From the NCBI RefSeq assembly GCF_009914755.1, contig NC_060936.1: a stretch of DNA of 64,000 bases. One strand, given 5' to 3'. The notes beneath the pieces were generated by a model. The model had not been told where the DNA came from. It saw only the letters and a program-made list of their open reading frames with translations, and made no database searches. This stretch comes from the human T2T-CHM13v2.0 reference genome, Homo sapiens. The position numbers were made by a program, and so were the translations under genes. Shown one piece after another: positions 28,240 to 43,347 of the stretch; the stretch's first letter is position 1, and each line of letters opens with the position of its first letter.

Positions 28240-28610
28240 AAACTCTCCACGGGATTCCATTCCCCTGGCCGGATTGCTTTAGGCTTGGACATGGGCCTAT
28301 TTTGGCCAACAAGACATAAAAGCCTGTTGGGATTCTGAGAAAACCTTTTCTTGTGATTAAAATAAAAGCACATCCCCCACTAGGGGAACTTGGGGCCTCC
28401 GCGGCTGCCTTGCAACCATGAGGGGAAAGCCCAGAGACACAGAGAACACCCACAGCCCTGACATTCCTGAGATGCTGAATTAGCCAGCCTTTAACTACTT
28501 ACCTCCAGGTGTCTTGCAGGGCAAAAAAAAAATCATTTCTTTTAATATAATCAAATTTTAATCTGATTTAATCCATTATTTGCAGCCTGATGCATTCTGA
28601 ATAGTATATT
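28240..28610 (+). mobile_element. Old MLT1 (J/I-like) MaLR LTR remnant
   Basis: TTTGGCCAACAAGAC...GCTGCCTTGCAACCATGAGGGGAAAG...TTTGCAGCCTGATGCATTC. Confidence 0.55.
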
Positions 28611-29469
28611 GTTTGGCCTAAAGAAGGTGAAAGGGAAAAAAAATCATATGATGATAGCCCTAATACCATTAATTAAGGTGCTGCCCTCATCACCTAATCA
28701 GTTCTTAATGCCACCACATTGGGGATACCAACACATATGAATTTTGAGGGGACACAAACATTCAGCCCATAGCTGACTTGCATGCTAACAGCTACAAAAC
28801 ACTATTGGAAGAATCAAAGATCTAAATAATTTAGAGATCCACTGTGTTTGTGGTTTAAAAGACTCAACAGAGGAAAGATGTTCATTGTTCCTCAAATGTA
28901 TATACAGGTTTAACACAATCTCTATCAAAATCTGAGCAAGGTTTATATATATATATATATAATATATATAGTATATTTTAAAATTTACATGGCAAGGCAA
29001 AGGAACTAGAATAGCTAAAACAAATTTGAAATAGAGGAATAAAGTGAGTGGAATTAGTCTGCTCAATTTCAAGACTTATTATTTTGAAATATATAGTTAC
29101 AGTGACCAAGACTGGATAGTATTGATGGAAGGATAGACACATAGCTCATTGGAACAGAATAAAGAACCCAGAAATAGACTTGCACAAATACGCATGAGTG
29201 ATTTTTAGAAAAGGTGCAGAAGTAATTCGATGGAGAAAAGAGAACCTTTTTAACAAATGGTACTAGAGGAATTGGACATTTACAGGGGAAAAAATACCTT
29301 GCCCTATCTACTATTTGGTACAGAAAAATTAACTCAAAATGTATCATGGACTTATGTACAACTATAAAACTTCTAGAAAAAAGCACAGGAGAAAATCTTC
29401 ATCATATAAGGTTAGGCAAAGAGTTGTTAGACTTGACATCAAAAGTATGATCCATAAAAGAAAAAATTT

Positions 29470-29914
<445 letters not shown>

Positions 29915-30287
29915 TTAAAACTCAACAGTTAAAAAAATTAGAAAATAGACAAAAGATATGAACAAATGTTTCACCAAAAAGGCTATACAGATGGCAAATA
30001 AGAACACAAAAAGACATTCAACATCACTAGCGATTAGGGGAATGTAAATTTAAACCATTAAGATGTCGTACACACTTATCAGAGTGACTAAAATGAAAGG
30101 TAGTGCCAATGAATGCAGCTGAGGACACAGAGAAACTGGATCTCTCATGCATTGCTAATGAAAATTGAAATGGTATAGCCACTGTCTAAAAATTAAATGT
30201 GCAGCTACCATATGACCCATCAATTGTACTCCTGGACACTTATCCCAGAGAAATGAAAACTTATGTTTACACAAAAACCTGTACATG

Positions 30288-30600
30288 GGCCCAGGCATGG
30301 TGGCTCACACCTGTAATTCCAGCACTTTGGGAGACTGAGGTGGGAGGATTGTTTGAGCTCAGGATTCAAGGCCAGCCTGGACAACATAGTGAGATCCCCA
30401 TCTCTACCAAAAAAAATTTTTTCTTAAATTAACCAACTGTTGTGGTGCATGCCAGTAGTCCCGGCTACTCAGGAGGCTGAGGTGGGAGGATCACTTGAGC
30501 CCAGGAGGTCGAGGCTGCAGTGAACCATGATGTTGCCACTGCACTTAAGCTTAGGTGACAGAGCAAAACCCTGTCTCAAGCAAACAGACAAACAAACCAA
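30288..30600 (+). mobile_element. AluJ
   Basis: GGAGGATCACTTGAGCCCAGGAGGTCGAGGCTGCAGTGA is J-type; degenerate TSD AAAACCTGTACA/AAAGCCTGCACA. Confidence 0.92.
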
Positions 30601-33019
30601 AAAAGCCTGCACACAATTGTTCATAGCACCTATATGCATAAAAGCCAAAAACTGGAGACAGACCTGATGTCCTTCAATGAGTGAATGGTTAAACAATCTA
30701 TGGTACAGCCATACACTGAAATACTGTTGATATATGCAACAACTTCTTGAATCTCCAGAGAATTATGCTGAGTGAAACAAATAAAGTTAATCACAAAAGG
30801 TTACATACTGCATGATTCCATTTATATGGCTTTCTCGAAATGACAAAATTATAAAAATGGAAAACAGATTTGTGGTTGCCAAGGGTAAAGAAGGGGGCTT
30901 GTAGGAAGAAGGGAAGTGGGTGTGGCTATAAAAGGGCAAGAGTGATGGAAATATTCTCTATCTTGAATGCGTCAATGTCCATATACTGGTTGTGGTACTG
31001 TACTATAGTTTTATAAGACATTACCATTGAGGGAAACTGGGTAAAGGGTATGTGAAATCTCTCTGTATTATTTCTTACGACTGCATGTGAGTCTACAATT
31101 GTTTCAAAATTATAAGTTTAACTGAAAGAAAACTCCACACCACAATCCACTAGTCTGTGGAGCCATGAAGCCCAGAGCTGTGTGGCATGGACTTAGAAAC
31201 AAAGACAAAAACGGCCCTGCGGGTGAACAAGAGGGAAGAAGCCAACAGCCCCACATGGGGTCAAGATAAATGTTCATTGATATTACATTTGCAGAAAGAA
31301 GAAAAGAAAGAAATCACCATATGAGCTGATCTACAAAAGAATCTTCTTTCAACCCAAATCCATCTGAAGCCAGAGATTCCATTCAACCTGGCACACATTC
31401 AGATAGCAAGTCTGCCTGGTACAGAAATCAGAATCTCCTGCTCACACTGAGTAATTTGATCCATTTACTCCAAGTCAGCAGTTTGGACATATGTTTGCAA
31501 TCTGAGGGCTTCCTGTGAGGTACACAGAGCCATAATAACATTTTTTTACGGGAACTTTCTGGTTTTGGATGCCAGGCCAGACTGGAGTTGAAGATGTGGT
31601 TAGATGTAAACAAGAGTTTTAAAGGTCAGTTCTCCAGCCAGGAGGCTGGACTCTGTGGACCTTGACAGTGGGTGGGAAACTGTTCTCAATGGGTTTTCTC
31701 ATAAAAAGATCATTTGCATGTGTTTCCTCGTACCAGAGCAGAAAAAAACCCACAGGACTTTTCCACTTTGCTTCTGCATCTGATGGGAGACAGAGGAAAT
31801 GGCACAAAGCCAGCACCCCCCTATTCAACCCCAATTCTCCCAGTCCAGCCCTGAGAGAAATGCTAGCACACTGGGTCCTATGTTAAGCAAAGCCACAGCC
31901 TCTCCTCTGACTGGCCAGTACACCTAAATAATAAATATCCTCCTCAACCCCATCGGTCTCTCTAATTCCTTAAAAAATCCCACTACACTCCCAGCCCCTT
32001 GGAGAGCTGCTGCACCCTGCTCACCCTGGTTTTGCACAGGGCCCATTTTACATGTCCCAAAGGAACAATTCTCTTCCCAGTGTTCTCCTTAGGCATTTCA
32101 AGTGATTCTGTAAACCACATACTAAAAAAAGTAATGTTCTCATGTATTAACTTGACTAATATCCCATCGAATACGCCCCTACTGCTCTCAATTTATTCTA
32201 CCAAACACAGAGATCTGGAAAAGCTCATTCTTTCTTACTGAACGCTAACAACCTTTTAACAATTTCATCTCCTCCTTCTGCTGCAAGAAATAAAACTCTG
32301 AGTTTGAAGGGAACATTTCCTTAAATTATAGACACAAACACTGTCTCTGTCTGTGGCCTTTGATCAGGAGTCCTAAGCCCTCATGCCTCGGTCTCCAAAG
32401 GGCTGTCCTCAAAGGCCAGGGGCAAAAGAAAATTGACTGACTAATTTGGCAAGAGGCTCTTGACCAGGGATTCCTAACTCATCTGTGGCCTCTCCAGCGC
32501 CCCAAACTGGAAGTCTATAGGATTATAGGAAGAGTATGAATATGCACATCTTCCACATGTAAATTGATCTTTCTCATTTCCTGTGTTTTTCTTCAATGGG
32601 GGATGGGGAAGGGTACAGAGAGAAGGAAAGCAGAAAACAGGATCAAGAAAGCAAACTGCCCAAATGACTAAGAAACCTCATACCAGAATGGTTGTTGAAT
32701 TCTGAAGTCCTGGCTCCCAGCTCCCAGGAGCCAATCTCATGTCCCAGTGAGTTGTGGGGAGTGTCTTCCTGAGCAGGTGAATGGGGCAGTGGTGTGGCTG
32801 CTCATCACCCTTCATCGCCATACTGTGAAGGTCACATGCAAGACAGGAAAAGCCATGGAGCAGATGAGGTGTGGGGCCAAGAACACTCAAGTTGGAGGTT
32901 CTCACTGTGGGCTCAGCTATGTGATTATATGCTAGGGCAAGCCTATTGTCCTGTGCCTCAGTTTCCTCATTGGTAGAATTCAAATGTTAATACCCACCTC
33001 AGGAAATGATTGTGAGGAG

Positions 33020-33715
33020 TCAGTGTTAGGAATGTGTTCTGCTGCAAGTAACAGAAAGCCCAACAACTACACCTAAACAAATTAGGAGTTTGTTGTTCTC
33101 ACATAAGAAGTCCAAAGTTAGATATTCCAGGGCTCAGATACCTGTGCAATTCTCATTGATTCTAAAACCCACTTTTTTTCACATTTGAACATCTTGGGAA
33201 TCTGGTTGTGTCTTAAAAACATGTCAAGTTGTAGTTTAATTAATAGCATTTTATCTTTCCTAATGATACTTAAATACTGCTGTGTCTTATAATATTGCTT
33301 ATGTATCCAATGAAGACAATATCAGGGGCTAAGACTCTTTCTAGCATTTATCTCCTCCATCCTTAGTCTGTGGATGACTTCCTGCATCCTCAAAACCTCA
33401 TGCCTTGCCTCATGGTTGCAACATAGCTGCTGCATCTCCAAGAATCACATCCACATTACAGGCAGGAGGGAGAGAGAAGTGGGAAGAAGACAAAGGGTTT
33501 TCTTTTCTTGACTTTTTTTTTCTTTTAGTTAGAAAGAGATGCCCTCTCTACCAACTTTCACTTACATATTATTGGGCAGAACTATGTCACATGGCCACCT
33601 ACAGAGTTCTGGGAAGTTGAGTGTTTAGATTTCCAGGCTCTCTAAAAGAGGAAGGCAAGGGAGGAAGTAGGTGCTTGCTTGGGTACTGAGTGAGCCCACC
33701 TATTGTGTCTGCCAC
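33020..33715 (-). mobile_element. Old MLT1 (K/L-like) LTR containing a nested MER104 (~33143-33320)
   Basis: GCTGCAAGTAACAGAAA...CTATGTCACATGGCCACC...GCCACA; MER104-like CATTGATTCTAA...CACATTTGAACATC...GTGTCTTA. Confidence 0.65.
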
Positions 33716-33787
33716 AGTATTTAAAGTACCTAGTACAAGTATCTGGCATGTAGCAGATGCTCAAGAGAGAGAAATCCTGTACCTACT

Positions 33788-33808
33788 ACACACACAGACA
33801 CACACACA

Positions 33809-33845
<37 letters not shown>
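33788..33845. repeat. Interrupted (CA)n microsatellite
   Basis: Read directly. Confidence 0.93.
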
Positions 33846-33847
<2 letters not shown>

Positions 33848-35417
33848 TTTCTTTTGGAGATGAGGGAAGCCAGCCCACCAAACAACTTCATTTCTTGGAA
33901 CAGTACGATCAACACTCTGTAGGAATGCAAATGAAGTTTACCCAAGAAAGTGATAAACACACTTCTATCCTTTCCAATTCTGCAGAGCCATTTCCGTAGG
34001 CTCATGCACCAGAAGATTCTGGCACAAAATAAATAAACAAACTGTTTTGCTTTTCTCACACGTGAGGGTATTTTGGTTTCCATCCACCAAGCTGAGGCTA
34101 TCTCTCACTTCAGTTCTGCAGCAGCCACAGCCCTGCAGCCCCTGCTTGGTCTCAGTGGGAAACATTTGCAAGCTGGCATCTATAAGCCATTCTCACTTCA
34201 AATCTGAGACGGGGGATAAGCATTTCTATTTGCCAAAACTGCATCTCAGAGAAATCAGGAATATGTTCAAGGTCATCCAACTGGTAAGTGAGGAGCTAAG
34301 ACAAACTGAGGTCGTTCTGGTGCCGTACCCTTCCTTGCACATCTCCTTGCCCCCCGAAGGATTGCGTTCTGTTTAACTCTCAGTTTTAGGCCAGAAAAGT
34401 CAGGCATCACCCCAACATTAGGATCCCATGGAAGGGTTGTCATAGTGATGATAGAAAGTGGAGGCACTCTAGGGTTTTCTCTGTCCATCTGCTCCCAGGC
34501 AGGCCTGGGGCTCTGCCAGCCTCCTTGAGACTCTCCAAAGACATCTGGGCAGCAGAGTCAATCCCTGGGGGCTCATCTAGGAACTCCAGGGACTGTGTGC
34601 TTCCTTCTACTCAATAGATGGGAGATACTGAGAATTCTGCAAAGAGGAGGCGATGCCCAAGGTCATAACAGGAGTGAGAGCCTGTGTGAGGACCAGACCA
34701 AGGGCTTCATGCTGCCCTCTCTCTGGGGCCCAGGGCTGTACTGGCTCCTGTTTTGTCCTTGATTAGAGATACCAGCTCTCAGACTTCTCAGGGTCACAGA
34801 GAGTAGGGCTGAGCTTGGAGGGGATGGGTTGGGAGGGAGGGATGCTGAGGTAAGACAGTGAGTCCCTGGGCAAGTATTTGTTCGAAGAGCAACAGGAGAA
34901 GGGAATGAAGTGGGGAAGCAGTGGAAGTGTGCAAATAGCCATGGTCCTTGGCCGTTTTTGAGACTTCATCAGGTAGGCCTACCCTGACCCTCATGATCTA
35001 AATGAGCCTTCTACTTCATTATTTCCTCTGTTCTTTTCCATTATAGCACTTACTACAATTTTTGACTGCCTATTTCTTTGTATGTCTTTTCTTGTTTATG
35101 TCTGTCCAGGCCACTAGACTCTAGAGTCCATAAAGGCAGGAAAGACATTGGCTGTCCATTTGCCCAAGATCCAGCAGTGCCTGGCATATAGTAAATACCC
35201 AACAAATATGTAATGAGAAAGTGGTTTTTTTTTTAACATTCCTGATTCATCTTGGACATTGATATGAACCAAAATACATGACCATTGAATAGCTGCAACT
35301 TGTGTCTGTGAGTACTCACCATTAGGTACAAGTTTAAAACAAATGTAATTTATTATAAAAATACTTTTTTGATCATCTGTGATTTTTTTTAGTGCTGAGG
35401 CAGATAATAAAAGATTA

Positions 35418-35557
35418 GGCTGGGTATTGTGGTTCATGCCTGCAACCTCAGCACTTCGGGAGCCTAAGGCAGGAGGATCACTTGAGCTCAGGAGTTTGAG
35501 ACCAGCCTGGGCAACATGGCAAGACCCTGTTTCTACAAAATAAATAAATAAATAAAT
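35418..35557 (+). mobile_element. FLAM-C-like Alu monomer
   Basis: Single left monomer with (TAAA)n tail; TSD AAGATTA. Confidence 0.88.
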
Positions 35558-36272
35558 AAGATTAATATATTTTCCAATAGACATGAGTTAATTAAAAGAT
35601 TATTTTTGATCTTATTATTTCTCATATTTACTTCATGGTATAATGATCAAGTCTGGCACATAATGGTTTGTAGTCTGTCTTACTTTTGTGTAGAAAATGA
35701 TATTAAAGGGATTTTTATTTTGCTCCTTTGACATGAGAACATAGGGTAGAAGGTATCTTTGAGCCTCATAAGGGACCAAAAATCCCCCGGCCCACTACAC
35801 ACAGCCTCAGAGGGTACTGTTCCTACTGCTGTTCAGGTGCAAGGCACCCCTGGAGTTGGGCAGTGTGCAGCCTACACAGCCTTGCAGGAGCAGCCTTGTG
35901 AAAATCCAGGTTTGACAGCTTATCTGCCTGTTTTTACTCTTGCCCCTTTCTGTTCTTCCCATGACATCCAGAATGATCTTTTCAAAATTTAAGTGAGAGC
36001 ATGGGATTTGTCTGCTTCAAATCCTCCAGTGACCTCTCATTGTATTGAGAACAAAAACAAAACCCCTCTCCCTGGCCCTCGGGCCCCATAGGATCTGCCC
36101 TTCTTCGCCTGTATCTCTTACATGTTTCTTACTTCCCCTTTCTCCTTTGCTCGCTGAACTCCAAACTCCAGTCCTCGGTTAGCCACATTCATACCTGACT
36201 AAGGGTATGTGTGCCTTCTGCCTGAACTTGGTCTCCTACCCTGGCTTCCTACTTTTGACCAATCTTCATTGG

Positions 36273-36636
36273 TGTATTAGTCTGTTTTCACACTGCTATA
36301 AAAGAACTACCTGAGACTGGGTAATTTATCAAGAAAAAAGGTTTAATTGACTCACAGTTCCACATGCCTGGGGAGGCCTCAGGAAACTTACAGTCATGAT
36401 AGAAGGCAAAGAAGAAGCAAGGCACATCTTACATAGCAGCAGAAGAAAAAGAGTGAGATGGGGGTGAACCATCACACACTTAAACCATCAGATCTCATGA
36501 GAACTCACTAGAACAAGAACATCATGGGGGAAACCGCCCCCATGATCCAATCACTTCCCAGCAGGTCCGTCCTTTACACGTGAGGATTACAATTTGAGAT
36601 GAGATTTGGATGGGGACACAAAGCCAAACCATATCA
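36273..36636 (-). mobile_element. THE1D/MSTA-like MaLR solo LTR inside an L2 (~35930-36945)
   Basis: TGTATTAGTCTGTTTTCACACTGCTATA...GCCAAACCATATCA. Confidence 0.9.
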
Positions 36637-39614
36637 ACTGTCTGTTTTCTTCTCATCACTCAGATCTCATCCCCAGGAGAGCTCTTCCCTGACTCTGATT
36701 CTGCACTCCTCAGTCACTCTCCATGACATCTCTGTGTCTCTTCTCTCCGCAGAACTCATCCCTATCTGATATGTCCTTGTTTCTCTATGTTCATTCACTC
36801 ATTATCTGTGTGCTCCACTAGACTTTAAGCTCAGTGAGAGCTGGGGCATTATCTATGTTGTTCTTTGCTGCACTTCCAGTGCTGACAGCAGTGCCAGGCC
36901 CATGGTAAGTGCCCTTGAAACATTTATTAAATGGAGGAATGAAAATCCACAAGGAGACTTGGTGGTGGTGGTCCCCAGTCTGGCTTGCTGACCAACTGGG
37001 GGAGTCCATCTGAGGACTCAAGAACCAACAGGAGCCTGCTGTGCTGGAAAGAGTCAAGAAGTCAAGAGGCCTGAGTCTACTGCCTTTTCTTGTTGCAGCC
37101 ATTAGCCTCTCTCTCACTCTCACTCTCGCTCGCTCTTGCTCTCTCTCACTCTTGCTCTCTCTCAGGACTTCCATTTCCTCATCCGACCTGTGAGGCAATT
37201 GGATTGGGAGGTCTCTGAGGTCAGAGGGTGGGAGTCATTGGGGTAGCCAAGTCCCTAACTCTCCGGAGCCACTGCAGGCCCTGAGCCTGGGGTGGGAGGG
37301 TGGGGCCAGACCCCACACACAGGCTTCCAAGAAGACACATTTGCAAAGCCTGTGTGCTGGTCCCTCCCCCAAGGCTTCAAAAGCAGGTGCTTGAGACAAA
37401 ATGAGGAACGTGATGGGAACTCTGTGATTGAAGAGAGTGTGTGGGTTTGACTTCCGGGCACTGTACGCAACACTCAGCCCGATGTGAGTGGGTCACCCAC
37501 TGCCTCAGTTGCTGGCCTCCACTCTCAGCCTGTACCCCATGAGAGTCTGGCTGATTTTCTGACTCTTCATTAGCACAAATCCAGCAGTGTCAATGTGATA
37601 TCTCCAGACAGAGGCCTGCCGACTGGGGAGCAGATAGACCTTGCTGCCATTTCCTCTCCCCACCCTCCTGGGTTCGGCTCTGCCACCTCTTAGAGTAGGA
37701 CTAGGGAATGGCCAGAGGGCAGTTCAGGGTAGGTGGGAAGAGAAACTGCTGCAGACCTGAATGAAAGGAAGGAGTAAGGCACACACAGGACCACAGGAGG
37801 GAGGCGGAGGCTCCAAAGGCTATTCTGCCAACACCTGACCATGTGACATCACCTTCCTCTCTGGGGATCAATCTCCTGATTGTGAGATCAGACTAGGTGA
37901 CCTCTAAGCCATCTCCCAGTGCTAGAATTTTCAAGTTCTCATTAAGTGCTAATTTCTAAAACCGCGCTCATCACATATGTGCTATGTAGGAAATGCGGCA
38001 GGGAGAGAGATCGCAGGAATTCCTGTCTGATAAGAAGGAAGTGCATTGGTCAGCAGACTCCGGCCTTTCTTTCCACGACAGCACACTTGATGAAGGCTAA
38101 TTGAGAGTTTAACTACCCCCAGGGATTTTTCTGGACTTCAGCACAGATGCAAGGGATCCAGGGCTATGCATGATTCTTGGAGGCTGGGGATTAGGGGTTG
38201 GGGTGATAGCTATAACTTTTACCATATCACATAGTGTATTGGACACCACATTTAAGAGCCACTTAAATCTGCACCAGCAGACCAGATTGGAAAATTTATG
38301 TTAACAAGGCTATAGACTAGGCCAAAATCATGTTGCACACCATTAGCAGAGAGTCTTGATGGTTTTATAATTTATTCTACATGTTTTCAGTTCTGTTATT
38401 GTCCAGCACTATACTAAGTGCTAGGGAAGTAAAGATGAATAGAATCCAGCCCTTGCTCTCTAGCAGTTCCCAAAGAACCTGCTGTGGCACCCAGGAATGC
38501 CCAAGCCAGAGCCCCCACCATTAGTCCCAATGATACCTTTTGTACAAATTTTAAAAAGGCCTGCCTTTGGGACAGGTGCAGTCCAGGGTGCACACAGCCA
38601 GGTGAGCACATTAAACTGACCATTGGTCCCCCTTTTTCCCCTCAACTGAGCACCCTGGTGCAGTCAACAATCTGTGTAACTGATCCTGGTGGTCATGGTG
38701 GGTTGCCAAATTTCAATTAACATCTAACATATATTTTCATTCTAATAGGATATACATGCTAGCAATGCCTGTCAAATGGAGCACAGACCCCAAAACGTCA
38801 TATCACAATGGAGCATGGGGTAAGCTGGCTATGATGTGAGGTGAGAAATGTAAAATCTGGCCAAACTGGTGTTTATTGGAACATAAAAAAATGTAACAGA
38901 ACAGAAAACCAGTATTAAAGGGAGACCAAATGATAGTCTGGCAATAGTTGGGTGCTTTTATAGTTGCTTTGAAAATCATTTATACTGCAGTAGTAATTGC
39001 ATTGTAATGATTCCTGACTTGTTTAGTGTGTTTTAGTATTTTAATGCTGTGATGTATGCACACACACACAACAGAAGTTGGGAATCATCACTCTAGTGGT
39101 TCTAGTGGAAAAGAAGTATATTAAAAAAATTCTGTTCCATATTAAGTTCTTCTTAGAGATTTGAGATAAAAACAAGTCACTTAACTCTGCCTAGAGAGGC
39201 CAGGGAGGGCTTCCTAAAGGAGGTGATAACTAAAGCAAAATGTGAAGATTAAATAGGAATTCACCAAGCAGACAGGGTGGGAAAGGGCACTGAGAGCAAT
39301 GGAAAGCACTTGGGCAAATGTGTGGAAGAAAGGACAAATTGTGTGTACTGAGCTGCAAGCTGTGATATGGACTGGAGAGGAAAGCATGAATAAGAGCATC
39401 AAGAGGTGAAGGTGAAGCCAGCTCACAAAAGAGTCCTAATGGATGTGGCTCTGGTCCTAATCCTTCCCCCAAATTCAAACCTCCCACCACTGTCACCAAT
39501 CCTAAAGTAAAGGTAAGAATTTTCCCAAGATACACATGATGTATTTTTGCTTTGGGCTCAGCAAAATGCCACAAGCTATACTCTTTTAACTTGGGTAGAA
39601 AATGTATAACACTA

Positions 39615-39795
39615 GCTAGGTGTTTTGCAGAAATACCAAGGACTAGTACAAAATGAAAACGTGAAGACTCTTTTTCAAAAATTATTGAGAATTTCAAGAT
39701 AGCAAGAGTAGAGCATTTAATGATGTGCTAGGCCCATCAAAGTGTGGGGCTTTGTGTAACTGCACAGATTGCATGACCATAAAGTAGGTTTTGTC
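39615..39795 (-). mobile_element. MER45A-like hAT element
   Basis: AAAATGAAAA...TTCAAAAATTATTGAGAATTTCAAGA...AGAGCATT...CTGCACAG. Confidence 0.6.
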
Positions 39796-41040
39796 TGTAG
39801 TTGCGGGCAACCAGGAAAAAGGAAGAAAGAAAGGGTTGGGTGGTGGGGAGATAGAGAGAAAGAGAGGGAGAGGGAGAGAGAAAGAGTGATTGAGATGCTA
39901 ATTCAAGGCAGTCAAAATCCTTTTTTTAAATCAAGCTTCCGAAATTTTGTCCTCAAAGTATCCCTAGTAACAAGAAGAATCTGCAGTATAGCAACCCTCC
40001 ACAACCTTGTGTTCTATGACACAAGAACATAATTTACTTGAGTTCTTATGTCACTGAAAAATATTTTGCATGAATTCTTTGTAATGATACATAGTGTTTA
40101 CTTTAATATGAAAAGTGTCTTTAGTAAGGTGACTGGTTATGAGATAAATATACAAAAACTTATATCATGATGGATCAGGAGGAGGTCAGAGTGTGTACCA
40201 TCTTCTACATCTTCACCTACACAAAGTACCATGAAATAACAGAAATTATATTTTGAAAAAAATAGATTTATAATGTGGCTGGAAATCAAGGAAGAATGCT
40301 ACCTGCAGACTAGAAATATTGAAGTATGATTTTTTTAGAAAGATAGGACTGAATTGATTAAAAACAAAAACAAGAGAAGGTAAGAAAAAAAAAAACCACC
40401 AAGCCAAAATGAGGAGGAGGGACTACACAAGGCAAGAACAGTTCCAGAGCACCCCAAGTTAAGAGTGATGAGATCCATGTGGGGAAGAGAACCTGGGATC
40501 TCAATGTCATCAGGTGAATACTTCAGAACAGCTGAGCCAGTCAGGCCTGTCCCCTTCAGGCCTCCATTTACATGGAGCAAATTTGTAGATAAAGCATTTC
40601 CTCCTAGGTTCAAGCTGTTGTCACTGCGCTCTGAAAGGGGAGTTCTGACTCAATAAATCTTGTGAGCTGGGGCCAACAGGCAGAGTAGGACCTCTGGTGC
40701 CATGGACTCCTGAGAGGGATAGAGAATCCCTGCCATCAGGGTCATGCTATCTGCAGACCCCACCTGCATAGACACCTCCCCATAATCACTGGGAAGGGCA
40801 ACAGAAATTGGTATAGGCAATAATGATTTCCATTTGAGTTGGAAAAAGCATTGTGTTTGGATATCACAGCCTCTGCCAAAACTAGTTTTCACATGTTTTT
40901 GAGATCTTCCTATGGTCAGGTGATTGATCAATTTATAAATATTGCATGACTGAAAAGAACATAAAATCTGATAAGTCAAAATGTTTCTTTTCTATAATTA
41001 TTATACCATATTTGTTATTTGTGTTCATTTAAATCCTCTT

Positions 41041-41634
41041 CAGTGCTGTCCAATAAAAATACAATGAGAAACACGTATGTTATTTTAAATTTTCTAGTCA
41101 CCACTTTAAAATAAGCAAAAATAAACTGATGAGATTAATTTTAACAGATTTTATTTATCCATTTATTTTAGGTTGCAATCTTTTTTAACTTTTATTGTAG
41201 GTTTGAGGGTACATGTGAAGGTGTGTTACATATATAAACTCATGTCACAGAGGTTTGTCATACAGATCATTTCATCACCCAGGAATTAAGCTCAGTACCC
41301 AATATTTATCTTTTCTGCTCCTCTCCCTCCTCCCAACCTCCACCCTCAAGAAGACCCCAGTGTCGTTGTTTCCTTCTTTGTGTTCATAAGTTCTCATAAT
41401 TTTAATAGATTTTATTTAACTCATATCTAAAGTATGATCTTTTCAAAATATAATCAATATTTAAAATATTCGAGCTATTTTACTTTATTTTTTCATACCA
41501 AGTCTTTGAAATCCAATGTATGTTTTACACTTTATAGCACATTTCAACGTGGATTAGCCATATTTGAAGTATTAAATAACCTAGTGACTATTGGCTATAC
41601 TGTGTGGCTAGTGGCTACTATATTGGAAAGTGCA
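41041..41634 (+). mobile_element. MER33 (hAT-Charlie) split by an L1 insertion
   Basis: CAGTGCTGTCCAATA...GTGGCTAGTGGCTACTATATTGGA termini. Confidence 0.85.
41158..41396 (-). mobile_element. 5'-truncated old L1PA (PA13-16-like) 3' fragment
   Basis: TTTTTTAACTTTTATT...GGGTACATGTGAAGG...TTCATCACCCAGG; 22-bp TSD TAATTTTAAYAGATTTTATTTA at 41136-41157 and 41397-41418. Confidence 0.88.
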
Positions 41635-41716
41635 CCTCTCAATCCTTGGGTTATTTTTTGTCTACTTGTCCTATCATCTTTGCTTTATACATTTTGGAGC
41701 TATGCACAAAGGTTCA

Positions 41717-42091
<375 letters not shown>

Positions 42092-42753
42092 TCATTTTAT
42101 CTTATATTAATATTGGCATATCTACTTCTTGGTGCCAGCATTTCCTTAGTTAATACATCTTTTCCACTCCTTTATTTTGAAACTTTGTGTCATTTTTTCA
42201 TGTGTGTCCCTTTTAAGTAACATATAACTGCATTTGGTTTTGTTATCCAGAGAGTTGCCATCTTTTAATAGACACATTAACCAAATCATATTAATTCCAA
42301 ATATTGGCATATTTGGACATATTTGTCCACATGCTTGTACTTTTTAGTTATGCGCTTTCTTGTTGTTTCTTTTAATTTTTTCATTTCTTACTTTTGTTGG
42401 ATTAATCAAGGTTTTAGGTGTCCTGGTTCCCTTTGTTTTTTTCTTTCAGCAGTTTAACATTTACATATCGTATTTCTATTCTTCCAGTAGTTACCGTTAA
42501 GTATTTTCAGCAAAAGGAAGCAGATCATTTTATTTGCAATGATGTGTGATTGCCACTTGATAACTACTTTATCTTGTCCATTTTTGGTTATTGTTACCCT
42601 TAATTTTAACTAATTTTAAGTTATACATATATTTTCTCCCTGTGAAAAAACTAAAAGATTATAGGTTTGGTCAAATTCCTCTGACTGCATCCCCAATCCC
42701 AGTCTCTTCGCAAGAAGTAACAACCATATTTAAGTTTAAAACATTTTTGACTT

Positions 42754-42889
42754 TATATATATATATGTACACATACATATGTATGTATATATGTGTGTAC
42801 ATGTGAATAGGTCTATATATACACATACATACGTATGTATACATGTGTGTATGTGTATGTGTGAATATATCTATACGAGCGTGTGTGTG
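42754..42889. repeat. TA/TG/CA alternating purine-pyrimidine low-complexity tract
   Basis: Read directly. Confidence 0.85.
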
Positions 42890-43033
42890 TTCAGCTACCA
42901 AAATAAATACTTTCTGTGACTCATTTTGTAGGAATTTGCCATAAAGAAATAATTGAATAAGTAGGCAAGTATATATATTAAAGAATGTTTCATAACAACA
43001 TCATCAAAAATCTTTTTTCATTGAAAACATCCT

Positions 43034-43347
<314 letters not shown>

